Below are positions 37,856 to 46,174 of a DNA stretch of 64,000 bases, piece by piece. A program made the translations under genes and the position numbers. The DNA is from an uncultured Candidatus Saccharibacteria bacterium (GTDB lineage Bacteria; Patescibacteriota; Saccharimonadia; Saccharimonadales; 2-12-FULL-41-12). Position 1 is the first letter of the stretch. Each line of letters starts with the position of its first letter. The DNA lies in the NCBI GenBank assembly GCA_947085855.1, contig CAMTYB010000002.1, forward strand, positions 87,278 to 151,277. The letters are read 5' to 3'. Below the pieces are notes generated by a model. The model had not been told where the DNA came from, searched no databases, and saw only the letters and a list, made by a program, of their open reading frames with translations.

Positions 37856-38365
37856 TTACGTATTATTGACCGAAAAACGCCAGTGATACATCACCATTGT
37901 GGCAGCCTCTACAACATTAAATGATTCCTTTTTTCCAAACATCGGAATTTCTAGAGTTACATCCATGTCCTCTAACAGCTCTCGATCCATGCCTTCTGCT
38001 TCACTGCCAAGAATAACTGCCAGCTTATCTGGCGGGACATAGTCGTTCAAAGGTACGCTGGTGGGTGTTTGTTCCAGCCCGGCAATCACAAACCCATCGT
38101 CTCGAAGGGCTTTCAGGGCCGACTCAATACTGTCAGCGTGTTCCCAGGCAACAAGCTTTTCAGCACCAAGAGCAGTTTTATGGATCTGCACCTCCAGTTT
38201 ATTTGCTATATGAGGTAAGCGATCGTCTGTCGGCGTCCGTGGGTAAGGAGTGTAGCCACTAAAGATGAGTTTAGTGACGCCAAGGCCCTCAGCCGTACGC
38301 AACAGGGAACCGATATTGTGCACACTACGGATATTATGGGCAATCAGGATGAGTTGTTTTGACAT
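37856..38365 (-). CDS. SpoU/TrmH-family RNA 2'-O-methyltransferase
   Basis: 169 aa. HNIGSLLRTAEGLG, VILGSEAEGM and IPMFGKKESFNVVEAATMVMY SPOUT motifs. Confidence 0.85.
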   Translation of the reverse strand: MSKQLILIAHNIRSVHNIGSLLRTAEGLGVTKLIFSGYTPYPRTPTDDRLPHIANKLEVQIHKTALGAEKLVAWEHADSIESALKALRDDGFVIAGLEQTPTSVPLNDYVPPDKLAVILGSEAEGMDRELLEDMDVTLEIPMFGKKESFNVVEAATMVMYHWRFSVNNT

Positions 38366-38444
38366 GTGACGCAGTATAACCCAGGGCAGGTCGCAATCAA
38401 ATCGAAGCTACTCCTTTCGACCTTCTTATGCTTAAATAGAAGTA

Positions 38445-40046
38445 ATGAGTCAAGATGCACGTCGCACTGAAGAGCAGTCTACTGAACGTCGCTCCAGAAT
38501 TCTGGGCATGGCCTACTTTGACACCTCGTTGCCAGGTGAAAAGCCGCTTTTTAAAGATATATTGCCGGTTGATGAGCTCAAGCAGTTACGTCTTGTACCA
38601 CTGCTGAGCGATGCACATAATATTAGCTTTGGTGTCACAAACACAACCTCGCAGCAGACTATGCAAACCTTGCGCAATCGCTTTCAAGATCATCGTATTA
38701 ACTTCGCCCTAATTTCTGATACTGGCTTTTCTGACTACATGAAGCTCTATGATCCGCCAAAACAAGTGGTATATGACGACGTAAGCTTTAGTAGTGATGA
38801 TAATGCCGAGCTGTTTCAACGAGTAACAAATACTTTGAATCAGGTATTGGCGGACGATATCCTCGGCTATCTTGTTAAGCAGACGTATCAACTCAAGGGT
38901 TCTGACATTCACTTGGAGTGTCAACGTGAAGCAATTCGCGTTCGTATTCGCGTGGACGGCGTGCTGCATCCAGTAGCTAATCTTAGTCACGACAAATATC
39001 GACAAGTATTATCAAGTGTCGCGATTGCAGCCAATGTGAGTACCGGTAGTCCTGAAGCTCAAACTGGTCATATCAACAAGACCTACAAGCTAGCCACAGG
39101 CGAGGAGGTTAATGTAAACCTCCGTGTTGAAACCGTGCCGACGGTGTACGGCATTGACGTGGTTATGCGACTATTCAATTTCAAACTCGAATACTTGAAG
39201 CTTGATAATCTTGGTTTGAATGAAAAGGAACGGGCGGCGGTAGATGATGTTATTAAACATCCATCGGGCCTTGTGCTGATCGTTGGTCCAACTGGCTCTG
39301 GTAAAACAACCACCCTGTACTCCATAATTAACACGCTCAATACGTCGGAGCGAAAGATCATTACGCTCGAAGATCCGGTTGAGTATTTCATGCCCGGGGT
39401 AGTCCAAATTCCGGTTGAGGGCGATCACAATCAACTTGGCTTCGCCGAAAAACTTCGAGCTGTCTTGCGTCTTGACCCCGACGTAATTATGGTAGGCGAA
39501 ATTCGTGATCAAGATACAGCACGGACGGCCCTCCAAGCCGCTCTAACTGGGCACTTGGTACTCTCGACGTTCCACGCCTCATCGGCCTCAGCGGCTCTGA
39601 CTCGTATGCTTGATGCTATCGGTATTAATCCACTCTTTTCGAGCGCAATCCATCTGGTTATGGCCCAGCGCTTAGTGCGACGGCTCGATGACAAGACTAA
39701 ACAGGCCTACAAACCCGACGAAGCCCTAAAAGCTCAGCTGCAACTCGTTATCGATGGATTGCCACCAGGTGTTGAGCGACCAAATCTTGATGACGTCACT
39801 TTGTATAAGCCGGGCAGCTCCGATGAGAATCCCTTTGGCTACAAAGGCCAACTCGCAATTAGAGAGCAATTCCAGATGACACCAGGCATTCAAGAGCTAT
39901 TGCATTTGCCTCCAGGTCAAGTCACGACCGAAATGCTCGAAAAGAAGGCCGTCGAAGACGGCATGCTCACCATGCTGCAAGACGGCCTCATGAAAGTCTT
40001 TGCCGGCGAGACGACTATCGACGAGATCTACCGCGTAGTTGGCTAG
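38445..40046 (+). CDS. GspE/PilB-family type II/IV secretion ATPase
   Basis: 533 aa. T2SSE_N-like N-domain, Walker A GPTGSGKTT, Asp box, Walker B LRLDPDVIMVGEIRD and His box TGHLVLSTFH. No pilC, pilM or pilT neighbours in this window. Confidence 0.9.
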   Translation: MSQDARRTEEQSTERRSRILGMAYFDTSLPGEKPLFKDILPVDELKQLRLVPLLSDAHNISFGVTNTTSQQTMQTLRNRFQDHRINFALISDTGFSDYMKLYDPPKQVVYDDVSFSSDDNAELFQRVTNTLNQVLADDILGYLVKQTYQLKGSDIHLECQREAIRVRIRVDGVLHPVANLSHDKYRQVLSSVAIAANVSTGSPEAQTGHINKTYKLATGEEVNVNLRVETVPTVYGIDVVMRLFNFKLEYLKLDNLGLNEKERAAVDDVIKHPSGLVLIVGPTGSGKTTTLYSIINTLNTSERKIITLEDPVEYFMPGVVQIPVEGDHNQLGFAEKLRAVLRLDPDVIMVGEIRDQDTARTALQAALTGHLVLSTFHASSASAALTRMLDAIGINPLFSSAIHLVMAQRLVRRLDDKTKQAYKPDEALKAQLQLVIDGLPPGVERPNLDDVTLYKPGSSDENPFGYKGQLAIREQFQMTPGIQELLHLPPGQVTTEMLEKKAVEDGMLTMLQDGLMKVFAGETTIDEIYRVVG

Positions 40047-40075
40047 ATACCGCTCATGCTACCGGTGTTATGAAC

Positions 40076-40104
40076 TTGACCAGAACTGGTATTTCTTTTA
40101 AAAT
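40076..40104 (+). promoter_or_regulatory. Promoter TTGACC-N17-TAAAAT with embedded palindrome ACCAGAACTGGT
   Basis: -35 at 40076-40081 and -10 at 40099-40104. The palindrome lies at 40079-40090. GTG at 40111 is 6 nt after the -10, so the mRNA is probably leaderless. Confidence 0.55.
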
Positions 40105-40107
40105 ATA

Positions 40108-42282
40108 TTGGTGAATTCATCTCTATCATCATCCTCTCCGGAAGCCCTTGAATCAAACCGAGGGCATATACTGCGAAATGAGCAGGAGCCCATTCCTTAT
40201 GGGGCCTATGCTGAGGCTCTTGATATTCATGTTGAAAAACCAGAAACTCAGGAAGTTTTACGTCCTGACCAGATAACTCGATTATTAGAATTGAAACAAT
40301 TCTTTATTGACGGTGCAGAGCGTGGCTATGTTCAAGAGGCTACTGGAGCCGGTAAATCGGTCTTGATGGTGCATGTGGTCAAGGCATTTCAGAACCTAGA
40401 ACAGATTGTTGGACGTAAACCAAACATCGCAATTGCTACATCCCGACGCAATCTCGTCGATCAAATTATTGGCAAGAACAACGACCCCAACGAGGAAAAG
40501 GGTTTTACCAGATTTGCGCCAGAACTCTCAGTCGGCTCGTACTTTAGTAATAGTAAAGCCGGCGAGAAAGATAATACACTCAGTTACGACGCAGTGGTGA
40601 CAACTTATAATTCGCTTAAAATCATGGCGGCTACGGAACTTACACGAAATCTTACAAATCAAGAAGAAGCTGAACTTCTCCAGAAAACCATAGATTTCTA
40701 TGTGAAGGAATATGGTCCGAACAATAACAAGGATATATTCGGACAGCTTAATGCTATAAAAAGTAAGTTCGGCGCGCCAAACAGAGTCTCGCTTGGCCGA
40801 AGTGTTATAAGTCAATTCGATCTATTTATGTTTGACGAAGGACATCACCTGATGGGCGAGGGCACAGAAGAAATACTTGCCAATGACATTCCAGAAGGCT
40901 TGCCCAAGATTGCCTGGACAGCGACGCCAGATGCTAATGAAGCCAAAAGACTCCAGAACACATTTCCATACGTGATTAGTAAGCGAAACACTCGTCAGGC
41001 TATTGAAGCTGGCATTTTGGCACCGGTGGTTGTGATTGGTCTCAAGAGTGATGCCAAAATTAAAGGGGCTGATTTGTACGACAGTAGCGGTGAATATCGC
41101 GATGAACGCCTAAGCTTTTTGGCTCGCGACAATCGTCGAAACTTGGTCGCAATCAAGGCGGCTCGAGTACTTATTGATCATGGTATTGGCGTTATCATGC
41201 CGTGTTTGCCTGGCGGTGAGGCACTGCATGCTCGTGTGATGGCTGACCAAATGTTCGGTTTCGACATTGAGGCCCGTGCTGTTTACTCCAATTCGCCTAA
41301 CCAGAAGCAAGTTTTAGCAGCCTATGAAGCTGGTGAAATTGATGCCCTGACATACACCCGTCTGCTCGGTGAGGGCTATGACTCTGATCGAACAAAGGGC
41401 CTTATTAACCTATCGCCTACTCGTTCAAATATCATTGGTCCACAGCGTCTCGGACGTATCCTTCGAAGAAACGGCGACGTGGCTTTTGCTATTGATATTA
41501 TTGATGAATACGATGAACTCAACCCGCCAATCCACGTGTCAGATGTGCTCGGGGGTCAACATATGGAAACAGGTGATGTCGTTGGCGAACTTACTGACGA
41601 GCAGCGTGAATTTACCGAAAAGGTCATAGAAGCGCTCAGAAAAGTAGTGCCATTAGCCGATGAGGTCAGAGCAGATTATACGGCGGGTCTTGGTACATTC
41701 AAGAATTACCCACCAATTATGGGTAGCGGTCTGTCGGCTCGACGTGAGCGCGAAGAAGCTACTGCATTACACTATGCTTCGGCGCAAAACGTAAGTCGAG
41801 GGTACGTTGGCGTCAGTGAAGAAATATTGAATAAGCTGTGGACCATGCGGGGCAAAGAGCCTGATGTTATTTACGGACACGATAGTTACACGATTCGACC
41901 GACCTATAACGCCCAAGTAGGTGAAAAGTATCTCGATGCAATGCCACGGGGTAATCCAGAACGAGCATTAAAAGATCCTGCAACAGGTGATGTGTGGTGG
42001 TCGGCAAAAGGATATGCTACATATCTTGGCACAAAGTACCCAGAGGCTACTCCAAAAGTCATTGAAAACCTTCTATCCGAATTTGAGAACCTTATCGAAT
42101 GGCAGCCAGCCTGTTTTGTGGATCCCCAGATGCGTGGAGGAGCTAATCGGTATGTGTATAAAATTTATAAAACAACTCCAGAGTCTACCGAATGGCTTGT
42201 ACGGAGTGTCGAAACATATATTGACATGCTGCGAGCAGCCGAGCGATCCGTCATGGGTAGAAAGAGAAAGAATGGTAAGTAA
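40108..42282 (+). CDS. SF2 DExH-box helicase (ResIII / Rad25-XPB-like motif set) with unknown C-terminal region of about 240 aa
   Basis: Motif I EATGAGKS, Ia IATSRRNLVDQ, II FDEGHH, III WTATPD, V LGEGYDSD and VI QRLGRILR. There is no ATG near the 5' end, so the start is TTG 40108 or GTG 40111. Confidence 0.85.
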   Translation: MVNSSLSSSSPEALESNRGHILRNEQEPIPYGAYAEALDIHVEKPETQEVLRPDQITRLLELKQFFIDGAERGYVQEATGAGKSVLMVHVVKAFQNLEQIVGRKPNIAIATSRRNLVDQIIGKNNDPNEEKGFTRFAPELSVGSYFSNSKAGEKDNTLSYDAVVTTYNSLKIMAATELTRNLTNQEEAELLQKTIDFYVKEYGPNNNKDIFGQLNAIKSKFGAPNRVSLGRSVISQFDLFMFDEGHHLMGEGTEEILANDIPEGLPKIAWTATPDANEAKRLQNTFPYVISKRNTRQAIEAGILAPVVVIGLKSDAKIKGADLYDSSGEYRDERLSFLARDNRRNLVAIKAARVLIDHGIGVIMPCLPGGEALHARVMADQMFGFDIEARAVYSNSPNQKQVLAAYEAGEIDALTYTRLLGEGYDSDRTKGLINLSPTRSNIIGPQRLGRILRRNGDVAFAIDIIDEYDELNPPIHVSDVLGGQHMETGDVVGELTDEQREFTEKVIEALRKVVPLADEVRADYTAGLGTFKNYPPIMGSGLSARREREEATALHYASAQNVSRGYVGVSEEILNKLWTMRGKEPDVIYGHDSYTIRPTYNAQVGEKYLDAMPRGNPERALKDPATGDVWWSAKGYATYLGTKYPEATPKVIENLLSEFENLIEWQPACFVDPQMRGGANRYVYKIYKTTPESTEWLVRSVETYIDMLRAAERSVMGRKRKNGK

Positions 42283-42283
42283 A

Positions 42284-42312
42284 TTGCCAATTTGTAACCT
42301 AAGTTATATAAT
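42284..42312 (+). promoter_or_regulatory. Promoter TTGCCA-N17-TATAAT ahead of the three orphan genes
   Basis: -35 at 42284-42289 (2 nt after the helicase stop) and -10 at 42307-42312, 21 nt before ATG 42334. Confidence 0.5.
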
Positions 42313-42333
42313 AATTTGAAAGAGCGACCAGAG

Positions 42334-44004
42334 ATGAATGATACGAATAATCCAGAAACATTAGATTTTGAGACCTTACGCACCATAGGTGGCGAAATGC
42401 GTCAGTTGATTGATAGTTGCCCAGAGCAGGTAGACCGGTCAGCCTATGAAGCGTGGCATGACGCTACAGTGCCGCAGTTGGAGACACTTGCCAGTCAAGT
42501 GCCGTACCCTGTATTGTTTGATCATTTTAATACGACGTCAGATACACTTGGCCATGCAAAGCAAGAGGAGGAGTCAGAGAGCGAGGCTTTTGAGGCTGAA
42601 AAGATTATCATCTCTGCGAGCCGTAGTGTCGTAAGTCAAAGATCGGCTGCCAACCGCAAGCAAGCCGAGGCTGTTGAAGCTCGTCTCATCGCTGAAGCTG
42701 AGGGTAAGCTTGATGTAGTCAAACAAGCTGCAGAAGTGGCGGAAGCTGCTCATGCTGAGATATCTGAAGTTGTAGAAGCGGTTAGCTTGCCGTGGCCAGC
42801 TACTTTCGACACCATTGAAGCGGTCCTCGCATATCGTGAAAGTGTCAGCGGCTTTGACATAGAAGACGAAACAACACCACGTCAATCTGGTGACCCAGCA
42901 GAATCTTCATTAGAAGCTGAAAAGGATGAACCCGGACCGTATGCACATTTAAGTGAGCAGCTCACACCACTCGAATTAGAGGGCCATGTTTCTCGGCACA
43001 TTCATGTGTATGAAGACCGGGACTTTGAGCCTGCGCATGATATCTATAAACGCGCTAAACAAAAGCAGGCAGCTGGTGAAAAATTAGGTCTTGAAGAAGA
43101 CGTACTGCTTACGATTGTGGCGTTATGGCAAGAGCGCTACCTAGAGAAGCCGTACATGTTGCAGTTTTTGAATGTCTACAGTTTCCAAGACATTGCTGGT
43201 ATTCACAAGAAGTTAATGCATTTCAGCAAAAAAGACCGCAGCAAGCGGCCTGATTTCGGTGACCTTGAGGTCCGAATTTTGGGTACTGCCCAAGATGGCA
43301 AGCCGATTAACTACAAAGCATCTAAGGCTTTGAAGGGTGCTGTGAAGCGAATGGACACGGGGGCCGAAACGAGAACCGGACTTACCTGGAGCAAGCTAAA
43401 CCTCCATGCCGAACAGGCCTGTGACATATTGGCTGAGCGAGTCCAAAGGGGTGGTGCTAAAAATAAATACCTTAAGGACTACATGATTGATGTTACCGAT
43501 CGTAATCCGCCACCTGGCAAGGCAAAAATCGGTTGGGTATTCCAATTTATTGTAAGTGACGCCATGATTGACATCCTTGGTATGCGAGAAGAAGAAGCCG
43601 TTGACGAAGTCAAAGAGCGCTTTGAGCGCAATATTGCTGCAATTGATACGTGGTTCGAGGAAAATGAGGCAGTTCTAAAGCAAGTGCCTAAGGAACTACG
43701 ATTCGAGAAGCGACCGACCAAACGCAGTAACTTCCGAAGGCGCTATCGTTTTGACAAGAATAGGGACAAACAGCACGAAGCAGTGTCGGCTGTCTACTCT
43801 CTTGAACGCTTGCGAGAAGATATTAAGCTTCGCTTAGCTGGCACAAGTGATAAGCCGCGTCATAAGCCATTTGAACGTGATGCACGCGGTGCTTTGAATC
43901 ATCAAATGGCATTGGCTCGCCGAGTTGAGGAACTAAAAGAAGGTCTCTTTACCTACGGAAGCAAGCCAGAATTGGTATCCGAAGAGATTGTGCCCCTTCA
44001 GTAA
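42334..44004 (+). CDS. Orphan protein A (556 aa), cytoplasmic, acidic N-terminal half and basic C-terminal patches
   Basis: Uninterrupted ORF with no TM helix, signal peptide or catalytic motif recognised. Ala/Glu-rich helical region (AEAVEARLIAEAEGKLDVVKQAAEVAEAAHAE) and basic tract KRPTKRSNFRRRYRFDKNRDK. Confidence 0.6.
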   Translation: MNDTNNPETLDFETLRTIGGEMRQLIDSCPEQVDRSAYEAWHDATVPQLETLASQVPYPVLFDHFNTTSDTLGHAKQEEESESEAFEAEKIIISASRSVVSQRSAANRKQAEAVEARLIAEAEGKLDVVKQAAEVAEAAHAEISEVVEAVSLPWPATFDTIEAVLAYRESVSGFDIEDETTPRQSGDPAESSLEAEKDEPGPYAHLSEQLTPLELEGHVSRHIHVYEDRDFEPAHDIYKRAKQKQAAGEKLGLEEDVLLTIVALWQERYLEKPYMLQFLNVYSFQDIAGIHKKLMHFSKKDRSKRPDFGDLEVRILGTAQDGKPINYKASKALKGAVKRMDTGAETRTGLTWSKLNLHAEQACDILAERVQRGGAKNKYLKDYMIDVTDRNPPPGKAKIGWVFQFIVSDAMIDILGMREEEAVDEVKERFERNIAAIDTWFEENEAVLKQVPKELRFEKRPTKRSNFRRRYRFDKNRDKQHEAVSAVYSLERLREDIKLRLAGTSDKPRHKPFERDARGALNHQMALARRVEELKEGLFTYGSKPELVSEEIVPLQ

Positions 44005-44020
44005 TAGCGGAAATTGATGT

Positions 44021-46174
44021 ATGCGTAAAGAATTAAAATCCCACCCGGTTCTTGCTGAGGCCTACGCTCTAGAAGAAGCTCGCGACACAATTAAAGGCTT
44101 CGACATTCTTCGATATGGCGTGCACGAAATTGGCCAGGAGCTGCCCGATGAGCCGGTGCACACCGAGTTAACACGAGCTGCGGACACTTTTCTTGTGGCT
44201 GATTATGATAGAGAGGCTCGACAACTAGACCCTATCGTAAAGAACCCTAATAGGGAGCATAAAATCGCTGAAGTGGCGGACGCATTTACTCATGTAATTG
44301 GTGTCGTTTCACACAAGGAAACAACACTCATGGGTAGGTATACCGGCTTTACAGTTGCCGTCAAGCAGGTTGAAAGAGGTTTACTCGCAGAGGAAATCGG
44401 TTCACTGAGGCAAGTCCTTGCTGGGCCTCATGAACGTAAGAAAGCCGAGATTGCACTTGAAGCCGAAAATGCTAAGGCAGTTACCGCAGAGATGAATCGT
44501 TTTCTAAAAGTTCTTGGGCGAATGCATGCGCCAGATGCAACATCTTCTTACATAATTAAAAGAGATGTTACGGCTATGACAAGATCGTCTCAAGCCGCAC
44601 AGCCAGACAAGGACGACAGACTTGGTATATATGACGGTGCAAGCTTTTCGCGTGCCGAAAAAAGACTCTTGCGACTTGTTGGGACGGAACATGATTTTGG
44701 TGAACGTAGCAAGCGGGTAGTCTTTGAGAGTGAGTTGATTGATCTGGTCGATCCAGAGCGCGCTAACTTCGATAGGCCGGCGGTGCAAGCAGAAATTCGG
44801 TTAATGAGCGACTCAATTATGAGTAAAATAGGGAGTCGAAAACTTACGGAATTAGAAGGCCATGGTGCGGCCACGAAAGTAGGGCTGCGTCGCGGCAAGA
44901 TTCACCCAATTAATAACCAGGGCCACCGCATCGATCATTTACCAGCCAAGACAGTCTACTGTTTAGTAGACGCAGCTGATATCAAAAAAGAGCGACTTAC
45001 TATTGATGGCCAGATGCATGAATGCACCTGGGAAAATACAGGCGGTTCTTCTGCTGCCAAAAATGAAAACGATACTCAATCTCGCGAACAACAGGCTTTG
45101 GACAGGCGAGGTCAGTCTATTGCCCTTGCTCAGTTTTGTCTCAAAACTCTCGAGATCAAGCTGGAGGACATAGCAGGGCACGAGGAAGACGAGGCTGTCA
45201 TTGCTAATATACGCGACGAGCAGACAAAAATAGCTGCCCTAGATGCGCACAGAGCTGCACGAGACGCATTTGCAGAAGAGATTTATGATCTGATGCAGGC
45301 GGCAGGTCTGGATAAAATCCGCCAGGAAATCCATGACATGAAAGTACCGGCAGACGAAAATCAATACCATCAAATCCTGGCACAACGAAATGCTGTCATG
45401 GAGCACGCGTTGCGTCTTGGTGAGTATGCACCATCAATAGCTGAGCGAATTGTTCAAAAAGCCAATGAGCTATGCGACATGCATCTTCCGGTTGACGGTA
45501 GCGGACAGCACTTGCACAACAAAGCCGAAGAACAGCTTGAACAGCTTAAAGAGCTTGAAGGTAGATTGTCATTAGATATGCCGGCAACGTGGTTATCGCT
45601 TAAACTGAAAGAATTAGCCCGAAGTGCAGCTCCCGAAGTTGTGAGCGGCACGACGTTAGAAGAATATAATCTTCAGCTTGAAGAAAAGCCTACGCTAGAT
45701 CCTGCCGATCTCATAAATGTAATGACTACACCTGCAGGCGCTGTACTGCCGCGAATCGGTGAGTATTTTGCCGCCTGTCAGGAGTACCCGATAACTGTTA
45801 AAAACTTGTCACAGGTGGTGTTTGGAAGTCTTCTTAATGTAGCGAAGAAAGACCGCACGCGCGTAGCCAATTACTTGTATCCTGCTGTCAAGTCACAGCA
45901 CAAACAATTGGTAGATTTGTTAATGGAAAAGGGCGTTGTTTTACAGAGGGGTTCAATAATTGATGACCCAGCGACTAATTCGCCCATGCACACACGAACA
46001 CTGAGAAGTTTTACTGTTGATGCGTTTGATCCTCAAAAGCACATTGGTTCACGTTACGTAGATGGCGTTCTGCATAATTGGGAACCGATACCTAACGAAC
46101 AAATTGAAGCAGTTCAAAACACGAAGAAACGGCATGATTCACAAGATGCCGGTGACGAACAAGTGAGTTCATGA
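44021..46174 (+). CDS. Orphan protein B (717 aa), cytoplasmic, helix-rich
   Basis: Uninterrupted ORF starting 16 nt after the previous stop. No TM helix, signal peptide, P-loop or nuclease motif recognised. Coiled-coil-like central region. Confidence 0.6.
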   Translation: MRKELKSHPVLAEAYALEEARDTIKGFDILRYGVHEIGQELPDEPVHTELTRAADTFLVADYDREARQLDPIVKNPNREHKIAEVADAFTHVIGVVSHKETTLMGRYTGFTVAVKQVERGLLAEEIGSLRQVLAGPHERKKAEIALEAENAKAVTAEMNRFLKVLGRMHAPDATSSYIIKRDVTAMTRSSQAAQPDKDDRLGIYDGASFSRAEKRLLRLVGTEHDFGERSKRVVFESELIDLVDPERANFDRPAVQAEIRLMSDSIMSKIGSRKLTELEGHGAATKVGLRRGKIHPINNQGHRIDHLPAKTVYCLVDAADIKKERLTIDGQMHECTWENTGGSSAAKNENDTQSREQQALDRRGQSIALAQFCLKTLEIKLEDIAGHEEDEAVIANIRDEQTKIAALDAHRAARDAFAEEIYDLMQAAGLDKIRQEIHDMKVPADENQYHQILAQRNAVMEHALRLGEYAPSIAERIVQKANELCDMHLPVDGSGQHLHNKAEEQLEQLKELEGRLSLDMPATWLSLKLKELARSAAPEVVSGTTLEEYNLQLEEKPTLDPADLINVMTTPAGAVLPRIGEYFAACQEYPITVKNLSQVVFGSLLNVAKKDRTRVANYLYPAVKSQHKQLVDLLMEKGVVLQRGSIIDDPATNSPMHTRTLRSFTVDAFDPQKHIGSRYVDGVLHNWEPIPNEQIEAVQNTKKRHDSQDAGDEQVSS

